Positions 38,097 to 51,824 of a DNA stretch of 64,000 nt are shown piece after piece. The DNA lies in NCBI RefSeq assembly GCF_964204865.1, contig NC_135256.1, positions 16,740,001 through 16,804,000 on the forward strand. Reading direction: 5' to 3'. The notes beneath the pieces are model-generated. The model did no database searches. It was not told the DNA's origin and saw nothing but the letters and a program-made list of their open reading frames with translations. Every line of letters starts with the position of its first letter. Positions within the stretch are counted from its first letter, which is position 1. The position numbers were made by a program, and so were the translations under genes. Origin of the DNA: Styela clava. Taxonomy: Eukaryota.

Positions 38097-41000
38097 TCAT
38101 TTTCTTTCCAACACAGGAGCAGGTATGGAAGGGGGAGGAGATCTTGGTGCAGTGTGACTTGGTTTTGGATAACTTGTCCTACGCACTGGTACTGTCAGTG
38201 ATTTTGGTCTTTCCGTCAATCTTACTTGAACCTAAACAGCAAAAGTTTCATAGAAATTTTGGTGATCGTTTCATTTTCACTTTCATATTACTTAAAACTT
38301 GAAGCCGGGGTGCAAGCCGGACGCGAAATATTGCTTGTTTATGACAAGATGCGATGCGATGGCAAGATTTTGAAAGTTTTGTCTGGAACTTTAAAATACA
38401 TGCAATTATTCCCTCAATTATCATAACCAGCATTTTTCGATCATAGCAATAATGCATTCATCGACAAACGGAGTAGGAGGCAAAATAAGCTTAGATTATG
38501 AGCACGCTTTCTACTTGTCAGAAGTATCTACCTACCTTGGCAGTCACTTCTGCATTTGCAGTTAAAACAGATTCCGATTGTTGTTTGGGTAGTAGCGGTA
38601 TGAAATTTTCTACGCTATCATATATTGGTTTGTCATCAGCAGATAGGTGATTTTCGGGGCTTGCAACTCCATTACTAGTACGAGAGCTGAGGGAATAAAA
38701 TGTAATTCGAGTAATAAATCAAAAATATCAGAAACAATGTACAACAGATACAATAAGCCAGTGTGAGGTAACCGACGAGATATTCGATTTAAATACTGGG
38801 TAAGCCATATACACATATGGAAACATCATGTACTTGTTATTTTTGCAGTGCATTTCGAGTGAGTATTCGTCCGACTTCCAAAGTGTGTCTTCAAACCCAA
38901 AGTTAAGTGTTCTTAACGAATATATACTAATACTGTAATACTGTACAACATGTACATGAGGCTTACCTTTTCCGAAGCCTAGTAGGTGATTTTATTTTGC
39001 AGCAGTCACTTCCTATTAAACGTCGTTTACGAAGTCGTTGACATATAATATATAATGTGAGTGTAATGACGATGGAAGATAAAATAGCAATTGCAATTAT
39101 GAATCCAATGACGCGACTTTCTGTGAAAGAAAATATTATACAGATATTGAAGGATTGAAAGCAAAGAATTTCGAGAGAGAGAGAGTTGACAACTTTCCAA
39201 TAATATTATGATTGCGACCAAAAGAACTCAAGTGAGTTATTCATACCGTATTTATAAAAATGATTGGCTAAACAGTTCACATTATAATTATTTATTTATT
39301 TCGTTTTAATTGAGTGTATGAGGGATTTATTGGTAGCTAGTGACTGGCTGATATTGTATGCAAGTAGATTGGATTGTTTTGGAGAATTGCGAGAACAATT
39401 TACGATAACCAATAACACCATACACGCACTCAAAAATGAATATCTCATATTCAATCTAAATATTTTTAAGTTTGACAACGATTTACAGCTCAATAGTCAC
39501 ATAATAGAACCGTCGAAAAAGCTTTACCAACAGTTGCTACATCTGAACATGTTCAAAGTCTCATTTATAGACGAATCCACTCTAGATTGGTCTAAATGTT
39601 GGCTCTAATTCGGCTGAATATTAAAATGCTGAAGCATTTTGCATGGAATTAATAAAAGATTACCTGCGTACTCCACAGGCATCTCAATGAAATCTCTTTC
39701 GCTATTCGCTGAAATATATAAATGAAATGAAGTTTTGAATCTCATTATTTCTATACGAGAGTCGTGCATATACAACAATAGGACAAATTTTGAGAAAAAC
39801 GGTGCTGTAGAGCTTGGAGCCATCCCAGTCCAAACATTAAGGTCATTTTAAAAACATCTGCCAACTGCTGATTGGCAAAAATTTCGACTTCTATTCCGGA
39901 TCCACGTTCCGAGTTGAAAGAATTCTTGATTTACTCCGGCAGCTAACTTCGATAAAACCAAATTCTTCCATTATTGCTGTCGAAAATTCAAATTTTGACT
40001 AACACCATTGGAAGCCTGAAATTTTGACTTCTGTGTGTTTGAAAATAAAACCCCGACCTCATCAACTTCATAATATATTCAGCTTTATTTGAAGTAGATT
40101 CTTCATTTTACTATCGCTATGAAATCATTAATCGTGAAATTTTATGTATATAATTTTTTTTAGGTTTGGAACTATGAAACAGTCCTTACCTTGCGGGGAG
40201 ACCTAACAACTTTTATAAATTGTGTCAACAATATAAAAAATAGATCTTCATTGCAAATAGAATAAATTGCCATTATTTTTTTCAGCTGAGAAATATAACA
40301 ACGGAATTTACCACACATTGATTTTCTACAATAGTCATCTTTATCACATTTTGAACACGCATTCCCAACTTCGTAAACTGATACCAATTTCCCATCTTCA
40401 CCGGTGACGTTCCCCCTGATGAATATAAAAGACTTTATTTTGATGAAATTAATTCCCCTAAACAAATCAAAATGTAGATACACTCACGCTGTTGCATAGT
40501 AGCAGATGAAAAGTAAACTATTTCGATATTGAAGCTCTGATATAAAAGTGCATTTAGTTAAAGCGCATCCCACTTTAAAGCTTTCTGCCCACACAACCTT
40601 AAAAAAAAGAAATCAATTGATAAAGTGTATTTTATTAACTCAAACTCACTGTATTTTATATATATATATATACCATGTAAAGGTTTCTACTGGAGAATTA
40701 GAATGAATAAAAAAAAGATAATTTTCAGGTCACTAACGTAAATGTTTTCTTTGGAAAGAGGTGTTCGTTTGATCAAAAAATTACACACAAAACAGACAAC
40801 TGTAGCATGGTATTTGTATTTAATCTGTATTTTCTGATATGCAATGGGTTTAAATGAAAGATAAAACTTTAGAAATTCGGTTGAAGTAATATCATTCATT
40901 CATTCCTGGAAAATCGGTGATTTACTAGTAGATTTTCTTGCAAAATACAACAACGCTCTTTTTTAGCCTCATGTGTCCTTATTGTCAATATATCACAATC

Positions 41001-44000
41001 TCAATTAAATGTGAATCCACACAAAGTTCATCCGCATGTACTGTAATGTTGAATGGCTTATTTACAATATGATACTTATATTGGTTCAATTAATGGCGAA
41101 AATATGACAACCCCAGCTTTTGCAATTTCCCCTTTTCTTGGAGAATACTCGCATACAAAAAAATAGGAATAAAGCAACTTCACTCACGGCATTCCAAAGA
41201 CGTACGGTATTGAAATAGCGTTTGTTAACATTTTATGACGGGCTTATTCTAATACTAATATAAAATTCCAGGGCGCTCCAGAAGTATGTGTACCAAGATG
41301 GAGGTAACTAACTTTGTTCGACTACTTTACATCAAGTTGTGTAAAGGGACGGAAGCCTATGGGCAGGATGTATATTCACTTAGCCAACAAATACAGTCCC
41401 CGAACTCGTAATATAACTAAAATAAGGAAAATCGAAATAAAATTATTGCCTAACCCTAACCTGGTACACATACTACGGGAATACCAATTCCAGATCATAC
41501 CACATTAATTGGAGGTTGTATCTCGGGTATATAGTTGGTTTACCTGGGTATAATGTCCGCAAACCTTCTTTGAAAGGCAAGTACGTGAATAATAATTAAA
41601 ATTTGAGTTTTCACTGAACCATTTCCGAATGGCCATGGGAGGTTTGAAAACGGATGATGATGCTTTAGATGCAAACATGTTCTCCCCAATACTGGAAATG
41701 AAAAAATGACAAATTATACATATATCTTGGCATGTACATCAACATTTCAATTAAATTTATAGACATTTGAACACGTTAAAAGAACAAATTCTTACATATA
41801 CAATGCACTTGATCTGCAGTGCAGTGTCATGTGTACTTCCGCACAACGCCCGCTTATATGGCAGCGATATAATATGACCTCTACGGAGGAGGTCATACGA
41901 ATTGCAATTCGGACCATAATACATCTACCCCACTCCTAACCAACTCGAACTACCCATAGCACTTATTTTGCTATTTCACTAAGATATGTGTCAAAAATAG
42001 CGTATGCCATCATAGAAACTCCTTTGCATTCTTCCAGTTCCTATGTACCATGATTAGTAGCCTAAGTCTTCATTTTGCTTTGATTTAAACGTGACAAAGT
42101 GGTACAAAAAGTAGTTCACACTTTCTGAGATTAAATATTTTTTCTAAAGACGCAAAGGGAAAATAGTAAAGATGAGTTACTGCAATCATAGCAAGTTACC
42201 AACCTAGAATATTTGGAATGTTTCTTATATTTATTACGACGATATCGACATCTTCTTCCGTATACTTCCGCATTCCATGCCAATTCACCATCCCATGTCT
42301 AGAAATTAAATATCAAGATAGACGAGGAAACACAAAATACCTCGCTTGACTATGGTCAATTTTCAATCTCGACTTAACGAATATAAAGAGTTGTATATTA
42401 CGGGTATAATAAACAAAAATGTCCCTAATATAATGAGAGCATAGGGGACCAGAACTTTACAATATCAAAGTTGAAGCATAAATGTAACTTACCATATATC
42501 GCATGTTGGATGAGTGTCTTGTTCGTCTCATCATATTATGAAGTTTAACGATATCATATTTTTGTGTTTCAGATAAAGGAATTAGTTCATAGTGTGTCTT
42601 TGATTGAGCCTATGATAGATCATAACAAAAAATTCGATTCAATGTTTGAATATTTTAAATATTTTATATTCAAAAAAACTTGGAGAAGTTTTAATTTCTA
42701 GAAGTATATGAAAGTTATTGGGATCTTCGGATAACGCAATAACATCTTCCTCATGGATGGAATATTCGAGAAGAATATTGATTGTGGTGGTGAATGTCTC
42801 CACATCTACTGGTGGGATTCAGGGGGTTCAGATCTCACATGTGTACGCGCGACCACTTTCTCGCAATGTCGTGATATCAGCGAACCCGTTCTTGTTTTTT
42901 ACATGACGACTGCAACACATGAGATATTTGACGTTTTAAAAATTTGATATTAGAATATATATAAAACGTGTAATGTTCGTGAGGCTTACGTAGCGACCTA
43001 CATACATTTTTCTGAAATGAGGAACCCGTTCTTAGTGACTTTGATACATTTCGCCAAGACGGGTCGGCAGGTACACGGATAGTAGGTTTATCCAATCGAT
43101 ACTATTCCGAGTTGGACGCCATTCAATTTGAAAGAAGAATTTATTGTTAAAACATATCAAAATGCGATTTATACCCTATTCCCACCCTTTCACGCCCGAA
43201 CCTGGGACATGAACGTACCATAAACTGACTATCGCACAAATCGTCGTTGTGCCGTACCTCTTTGTCTTGTGTATTATACTAGAGTTTTATATTTAATGTC
43301 TGTTGTCCTACTATTACACAGTCGTCCTAAACTGCAGTTGTACTTGTTAGGGATGCATATCGCACATCCGTGTCTTATTTTTGGGGCAAATAAACATACA
43401 TACATACAAGAATGAAAGACGAAAAGACGATGTGAAACAAAGGCGTAATCAACGTGTGCTATCTTAGATCAAGATTTGTTCAGACCACATAGGAGATCTT
43501 TGTTCAAGAATAATTTATACTTGTGGACTTTTCTCGTTTCGAATTGGACGAAATAAGAAAGCGAAAATTTTAAATTTGAATTTTGAGGTACGTCAGACGA
43601 ATAAACGAATAAAATGATTATTGCATTAACGTTGATTTACCCTCCAAGACAATACAGTTATTCATGTTGCAAAGTTATTTTGTACGTTGGCATAGACTGC
43701 GGATCGTTACCGTACAAGCCTCGTATGTCGCTTAACGATCTCTCACGATGCTTTTACTGCCAATGAACGAGACAACCGCAAGGGGCGATCGATTTTCTTC
43801 AAATAAGCGACAACTCTCTCAATCGATTACTCCCCAGCGAGAAAGTGTCCTTTGTCTTGCATGAACGAAGTTCAATGACTTTAGCTTTAGCCCACGCTTG
43901 AATTAAATGTCGTCACATATGGACTAATGCTTTGAATAAATACGCCGAAATACTAGTAGGTTGCTACATTGTTATAGCAGTTTTAATCAAATTAGTTCAA

Positions 44001-44588
44001 GCTCACGATCGAGATTTCGATCAATCTTATGGAAATGTATAAATTTAAATATTACGCATATAGAAATGACACGTTTTTGAATACATTATAGTTTTTTGAA
44101 TTGCAAAAATCTTATATATTCATTTGACAAACACAGACAGTCCCCAAACTCGTAATATAACCTAAATAGGGAAAATCGGAATAAAATTATGGCCTAACCC
44201 TAACCTGGTACATATACTACAGGAGTACCTTATTAACTAACATCCGTGAAAGACATTCCAGCAAAATCAAAAATTTACATGACCTGCCCGTCATTACAAA
44301 CTGCAACTATTACTAGCCTGTTGCGCTCTACAATCCATTCAATGGTAAGGAGAATTTCTTAAAATTGCTATATGTATATATATGCAAGGAATTGTACTTA
44401 AACCTACTCATAGAAGTGAAAAAAACTCACTCAAAGGTGAAGTTACTCGCCATGATATTATAAACAATGCTTCGTACCTTATCAGTGAGTTTTTATGGAA
44501 ATCGAAATATTTTATTGACAATTCTTACCTTTAGAGTTCCACAGATGCATATCATACAGAACATGGATGACAAAATGGGATTAGTCAT
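38097..44588 (-). CDS. Transmembrane CAP/SCP protein C, ~372 aa
   Basis: Exons 44529-44588, 42493-42609, 42204-42298, 41544-41691, 40488-40597, 40312-40415, 39664-39708, 38967-39120 (TM VIGFIIAIAILSSIVITLTLYIIC), 38536-38686 (KPIYDSV), 38097-38231 (...APRSPPPSIPAPVLERK*). Same exon phases as B. Confidence 0.85.
41271..41486. mobile_element. MITE family C, copy 2
   Basis: Shares GTATGTGTACCAAGATGG, AGTCCCCGAACTCGT and CCTAACCCTAACCTGGTAC with 29631-29832. Flanked by ATTCCA at 41265-41270 and 41487-41492. Confidence 0.75.
43150..43408 (+). mobile_element. Probable LINE 3' end with AATAAA-(CATA)n tail
   Basis: Ends GGGGCAAATAAACATACATACATACA, a microsatellite tail typical of CR1/L2-group elements. 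The 5' boundary is uncertain. Confidence 0.4.
44139..44230. mobile_element. MITE family C, 3' half only
   Basis: AGTCCCCAAACTCGTAAT...TGGCCTAACCCTAACCTGGTACATATACTACAGGAGTACC. Confidence 0.7.
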
Positions 44589-46249
44589 TCTTCCCAGCAC
44601 AGACTAACCACCGAACGAATATCCCTTCAAGTATGCACGAGATGTCTGACTGTTTTAACCCAATAAAGCGCTTCCTCGTCGCGCTGAATATAAAATTTCG
44701 CGGTCCATTTTGCCACATTCGGTAAACATTAGGTCATAAAGTTATACGATTGCTGTGAATAATAAATCGGGGAGGAATTTTGGTGAAATAATGATAGAAA
44801 ACTACACTGTTAAAAGTAAAAACTAAATATGACAATTTTTTTGATGTAACTACATTCTCAAGGTGGTTTTGTAACGCCCTAGTCCATATATATAAAATAC
44901 ATCTAATCTGGGTACTTTCTAAAAATAGTTTAATCAAAGTGATGCTAAAATGCTTGCATTACACTAAAATGATGTCATTTTAACTGAAAAATTCTAACCG
45001 TAATAACAAAATGTCGATGATTCACGACGTCTTCAAATGAAGCTTATCGTTCAAAATCTTAGCTTTGATAGTTTATGTCAGTCGGATATTATTATTTTTC
45101 AAGCATGATTCACGCTTCAACTATATGGTGCTAACTGTCAATGGCCTATACTCCGTTATATATAAAATACGTAGTATAGAATATGTTCTGATCGCAAAGA
45201 TAAGCCCGTGACAAACACGAAAGTATTACGGTGTGTAGGCTTATAACTACTCTGTCTGAGCAAATAACCCTCTTTCAGAAGGGAAATCCAAAACAACTTT
45301 AATGGCAGGCGCTCTAATTAACCCAGAAAAGAAATCCAAAATTATCTTCTCAACTTCATTTTAGTTAAAACTAAATTTGGTACAATAACATTACACAATT
45401 TAGGCGTATGGGTTCCTCTGTAGTACCGTTAAGTAGAGCCCTAATAGGGCGAAGTACAAAGTTTCGTTTTCGTAACTTGAGACGCAGTGAGAGTGCCATA
45501 TTGCAAAGTTAGAAGTAACGCCAAATGGCTAAATCGGTCTCCTTGCGAAATGAGTATCCCAAGTATCGATTTACGCTCAGACGGTGCTTGCCTATCTATG
45601 TGCAGTAAATATATAAGTCGAAATCTCTGCTCAGATTATCACTTGGCCTGCCGAATGCTTTCGCGAAAACAGTAACTTTTACGAATAATATAAAAGTATA
45701 TGTGGGCACTGTGATGGCCAAGTTCCAGGATTGTTCATGTAATTGGAATCCTATGTCAATTTTGACACAGTTGGTCAGGCATGCTATGTATATACCACAT
45801 ACTTAATAGATTGTTAGCTTTATCTCTAGGATTTCTCTTATGAACTGTAGGAATTTAGCAAAGTTACTCGCACTTGACGCAAATGAGTTTCATTTTGCGT
45901 ATGCAAATTTCACACAAAAAGAAATGAAATTTAATATACTGTTATTTATGACCGGTTCGTTCATACCATAAAGTTCACAATGTTTACAATTCTTGAGCAC
46001 ACATTACTTGATTTTCGACTATCTTATATTTATATATACAAATGGTAGGTGGTGCAAATGCTTTTTGTTTGAAAGCAACAAAATGATATTTGAAAAATAT
46101 ATTGCCCCATAAATTGATCACAAAGTAATACGAACAGTAAGTACAACCGTAATTACAAATCGAACTATTATGAGAAAATTAAACCTGTGAATCATTTGAA
46201 ATTTACAGAAATGCAGTTCGAAATTTAATTGTTGTAAAACATAATGGAT

Positions 46250-47500
46250 GACCAGATAGTAATATCTCAGTTCGTTCGCTGCCTGAACATCAACTAATCC
46301 TCTATTTCATTACGTAAATTAACAACCTATTGGCTTACTATATCTTAGGAAGAAGCAGTCGTAACTCGTAATATACACACTTTTAGACGATATGCCCTGG
46401 CTTGTCGGAAGGCAATTATCAGGATCTCTTCTTGGTGAGATTATCTTTTCTGTGTTTCGGATTAAATCGTTAATTAATATAAAATTTCCTTCCATACGAA
46501 ACATGGTAGTGCAACCCATGCGCTAATAAGCGAGTCAACTATCGGCGAAACTATCGTATTATACAGCGTTGTCTACGACTGCATGTCGTCGCTTGGCCTA
46601 AATTTAAACTCTCTGACGGAATGCTAGAGAATAATTTAGAATATTAACGACCGGCTTTGAACGAAGAACGGAATGGCAGGTCTGATGTCTTCTTACATAC
46701 ACATCGGCAGACCGATAGTAAATTATGTAAATAATTTGTTGTGATTGATGTAGATATCCTTGTTAATATCTGGTCTACGTAATAAAATGTTTGAAAGCAT
46801 TAAAATTTCTGGAGTGTGTTTGTCTTGTATGGTCTGGATTTTGTAAAACGCAAAGTATGTTTTTAATGAATGCCGCGTTTGTTCGTTGACAAGACGTTAA
46901 AACATTTTCGCCACCGAACATTGCCTTTTAACACTAGTGACCTTGTTAAGACGTCATATTGTAAACTATGACGCAATATTGTTCATTTGTTAATGCTAAC
47001 TAGAGAGTAATGTTTTCGCCTAGAACTGCAATGACCTTAAAAACTTTGTACAATGCAATCGCATGATTTATAATGTTGGCCAGTTGTAATATCAGGTGGA
47101 ACAATTTCAAAGACGTGTAACAGTCCTGGCCCACGTTTAAATTTGGAGATACCGTTATCACTAACTTAGTTCCCTGATGAAAATGTGGTTTCATTAGTTT
47201 TGGTCTCACCAGACACAACAACCGTTAGCAGCAGCTGACTGCATGCGATGGTATTCGTGTGCGTAGCCTGTTCAGAAGCCATTATGGTTGCGGTGAATGA
47301 TTGAGATACCGCAACCAAGATGGTGTAAATATATCAATCGTATGATGACAAACATTATCTTGCCGCATTTACACATCGTACTTCAAACGGTTTAGGCACT
47401 TATCTGCATCCGCATATTCTGAGAGAGTTCAGCCCTCAATTTACGCTCAAATGTAACACTCTTGCGTTCAACCTTTTGATGAACTCTACTATCAATACCA
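46250..47500 (-). mobile_element. Highly decayed Gypsy-like integrase remnant
   Basis: Minus strand has VSDNGISKF (cf. integrase SDNGPQF) with downstream weakly similar motifs among many stops. Possible PBS-like TGGTATTGA near 47500. Confidence 0.3.
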
Positions 47501-47631
47501 TTTCCACTTTTAGTTTCACGATTTAAGACTGCCATTATTACAGTATCGACAAATCTGTCGGTTCGATTTTCAGTTTGTGATACTTTTGAATTATTAAATT
47601 AGTATATTTTAGTCTTTACCCTCTGAATTAA

Positions 47632-47818
47632 TCAGCCAACAGGTGTCGCTGTCTCGAAGACTGTTTCCTTCGCGGCCCCTTATCGATTGCGATAAATCTC
47701 TCTGACGTTATTACTTACGTATATATATATTTCAATCTTTTTTAAAATCCGTTATACACTTTTGTGTTGTGTTTGGATTGATTTCTGCATGATAAAAATA
47801 AATTATCTGAATTTGAAT
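47632..47818 (+). mobile_element. Repeat family A, copy 3 (diverged)
   Basis: CAGCCAACAGGTGTCGCTG...TGCATGATAAAAATAAATTATCTGAATTTGAAT. Confidence 0.6.
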
Positions 47819-48612
47819 ACGCATACGCATCAATCATCAAAATGGCCAATCTGATAAGCATAGTTTCGAAGGCGACTTATGCAATCCAATTTCAAAAAAA
47901 CGATGGAAGTCTATTACTTAAACATTTCGATAAATTTGAATGGAAAAGTCCATGGATATCTCACGGCTAGATTTATGAACTCTCGTTAACAGATGCAATA
48001 GTCCGCTAGTGCTCGGCTATTTTACGTGCTATCTATCATTTCAATATTCGTTGTACAACAATAACAGAGCAGAAGGTTTAATTCACTATGTCTGAATATC
48101 TTAAAAAGAGACGTATTGTATTCTTGCCAAATAAATGAAGCACTAAATAGTTTGCCGCATACCATATTCTTAACTATGTAATCATGAGCCTGTTTCCAGT
48201 TATAAAGTGAGGGGTAGTTGGTTACGTACCATTCAGGCTTTTTTCCCCTAACAGTCTAACACTCGACGAATGATGGGAATTTCATTTGAATTTATCAAAA
48301 TATTCAACTAGAATAGACTTCCATCATTTCTCAAACATGAATTATATAAAATAGATTCGAAACTAAGCTTATCAGTACCAGGTGAGGATTCATTTATTGG
48401 TAATATTCTCTTGTTGGTTGAGAGTAGACTAAGGTTTGCGAAATAAAACCATACAATGTTTTGGGTGCCAAGTTTTACAATACAATATAAAGACGAAGAT
48501 ATCGGAATCAAATTAGGGATTGGCCTAGCTTCGGATGTGGACTCGGGATCCGATTATAACACAGAATAAAAAAGGATCAACCCGAAGAGTAAGTTTATCA
48601 ATAACAAAAGAT

Positions 48613-51249
48613 AAAAGCTACAAAATCCTCTCAGATCAATGTTATAATCAATAACCAATAGAATGGTGAAATCTTGTCATTTATTCCAAAGTATTGCACA
48701 TTTTTGAAGCGTTATATACTTTTCATTGCGCGAAACTGTGTCTCAAGGTTATATCTGTATTGTTCAATAATAGTCGCCACAACGCCCTTTAACGTTGTAT
48801 ACGTTCCCATTAAAGCATTCATATATTTTATTATTCGATCTGCTATACACCGTTTGAAAAGCCGAAATACATGAAAGCCAACATAAATATTATAATGACC
48901 CATTATTGTAAGGATATATTTTACTATTCTGTTTTTGTAGTGACCGGTCAGGAAGCAAACAGCATTGATTTAGCGTCAATAAATGAAATAACTTAATGAG
49001 GTGTAATTAATGCAATCGGAAATATTCCCAAATTTATTACGCCTCAAGTGGACGGGCTTATTCTTCATATTGCATAGTTGCCATAAATTGTTGTTGCACA
49101 TACATACTTTATACATGTCTGATCATAAATCAAAGTGTGTGGGCAAATGATTTTTTTAACATTTTTTTCAAAAGTTTTCAATATTATTCATTTGTGGGTT
49201 TTGACGTCAAATATTTACATACATTTTATTCCAGCAAACCATTTAGCAATGGCAGTTGGTATTTTAGATTTTGGCGGTTCCGCTATAAAAGTCGAAAATG
49301 TTTTGATGAGGTACGGTAGACCAGCGAGCCAGCGATACTGTAAAAGATTTCATACCACCGTAGCGACTCGAATCATTTGGTATTTCGATTCACGCTGAGA
49401 CTAGACACATGAATCATCATCGTCAGCACCGGGCCTGGGTAAGCTAGGACAGTCCGGGTACCGGTACTGGTAACACACAGTATCTGTTCTTAGTTTGGTT
49501 CAGGATATGATTTTTGGGGTAATTGTGGTTAAGGCATTTAGTCTTGTACATGCATTTGAGCATCGCTCTATTGTCACACCGTGTACACATATATTTTTAC
49601 CTGATCATTTCAAGGCATTCATTTAACCAGATTAATCAGCTACGGCAGATAACAAACATTTGCAATTTTGTAACTATTTATCAAATGTGAAAGATGTAAT
49701 CCCAAATATAACCTCATTTCGTAATTACAATAATCTTTCTTTGATGTATCGCACTTTACTGAAGAAACATTTCCCAGGTTAACACAACAAAAGCAAGAGT
49801 TCGATCAAAAACAGTGCAAAACAAAGTCGAGATAAACACGGCGCTTTATGTCCAGCGTGTAGTAAGCGAGATATCCCGCTTCGCACCCAAGCTCCCTTAT
49901 GCGTCCTAAACAAACAGTTACACTGCAAAAGCTACAAAAGCTACAAAATCCTCTCAGATCAATGTTATAATCAATAACCAATAGAATGGTGAAATCTTGT
50001 CATTTATTCCAAAGTATTGCACATTTTTGAAGCGTTATATACTTTTCATTGCGCGAAACTGTGTCTCAAGGTTATATCTGTATTGTTCAATAATAGTCGC
50101 CACAACGCCCTTTAACGTTGTATACGTTCCCATTAAAGCATTCATATATTTTATTATTCGATCTGCTATACACCGTTTGAAAAGCCGAAATACATGAAAG
50201 CCAACATAAATATTATAATGACCCATTATTGTAAGGATATATTTTACTATTCTGTTTTTGTAGTGACCGGTCAGGAAGCAAACAGCATTGATTTAGCGTC
50301 AATAAATGAAATAACTTAATGAGGTGTAATTAATGCAATCGGAAATATTCCCAAATTTATTACGCCTCAAGTGGACGGGCTTATTCTTCATATTGCATAG
50401 TTGCCATAAATTGTTGTTGCACATACATACTTTATACATGTCTGATCATAAATCAAAGTGTGTGGGCAAATGATTTTTTTAACATTTTTTTCAAAAGTTT
50501 TCAATATTATTCATTTGTGGGTTTTGACGTCAAATATTTACATACATTTTATTCCAGCAAACCATTTAGCAATGGCAGTTGGTATTTTAGATTTTGGCGG
50601 TTCCGCTATAAAAGTCGAAAATGTTTTGATGAGGTACGGTAGACCAGCGAGCCAGCGATACTGTAAAAGATTTCATACCACCGTAGCGACTCGAATCATT
50701 TGGTATTTCGATTCACGCTGAGACTAGACACATGAATCATCATCGTCAGCACCGGGCCTGGGTAAGCTAGGACAGTCCGGGTACCGGTACTGGTAACACA
50801 CAGTATCTGTTCTTAGTTTGGTTCAGGATATGATTTTTGGGGTAATTGTGGTTAAGGCATTTAGTCTTGTACATGCATTTGAGCATCGCTCTATTGTCAC
50901 ACCGTGTACACATATATTTTTACCTGATCATTTCAAGGCATTCATTTAACCAGATTAATCAGCTACGGCAGATAACAAACATTTGCAATTTTGTAACTAT
51001 TTATCAAATGTGAAAGATGTAATCCCAAATATAACCTCATTTCGTAATTACAATAATCTTTCTTTGATGTATCGCACTTTACTGAAGAAACATTTCCCAG
51101 GTTAACACAACAAAAGCAAGAGTTCGATCAAAAACAGTGCAAAACAAAGTCGAGATAAACACGGCGCTTTATGTCCAGCGTGTAGTAAGCGAGATATCCC
51201 GCTTCGCACCCAAGCTCCCTTATGCGTCCTAAACAAACAGTTACACTGC
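48613..51249. repeat. Direct tandem duplication, two 1314-bp copies (48613-49926; 49936-51249), period 1323
   Basis: Four identical ORF translations recur at +1323. The copies look identical by eye and are separated by AAAAGCTAC (49927-49935), a repeat of the unit's first 9 bp. Confidence 0.93.
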
Positions 51250-51824
51250 TTCCTATTCAAGAGTAAATTTAGTATCATAAAATCGTTTCTGTTACTTCTA
51301 GATCAGATATATTTCCATCTTCTAACTCTATCGAAAACAGTAGCTTTCATAATTACTGCGATAGCACACCTAAAACATGTGAACGGAATACTGATTCGAT
51401 AAACGATTATATCCCTATTAGAATATTCGATATAATTCAACATGCGTATAAATATGCAATTGAAAACCAGCAAGCTATATGATTTTAAAATATTACTATT
51501 TTATTTAAAAAACTACATATACACTTACACTTTGCAACAAAATATTGGACTACAGTAACGTATTTATATGTAAAAGAAAATGTGGTATAAAATCGTCCTA
51601 TTTTATGGATATACACTGAAAATACTGTGATATATACTATGTTTGTCTCAGATTTCTGTTGTCTTTTACTTGACTTGTTCATTCGCATTCACGATTCTGT
51701 GGCAGGTATTTCTGAGCCAGCACAAATATCGGATACATCTCCACAGTGTATGAAAAAGTTGTACTGTACTGAAAATTAGCGCTAGTGCCAATTTAATTTC
51801 TAGAATGAGGAGTAATTCAGATAT

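Noticed and set aside
42660-43130. Possible further retroelement remnant in a CAP-C intron
   Set aside because: Composition is suggestive, but no diagnostic motif could be read with confidence.
48674-50721. Repeated short ORFs in the tandem duplication
   Set aside because: Overlapping 60-87 aa ORFs without motifs; their identity only reflects the DNA duplication.
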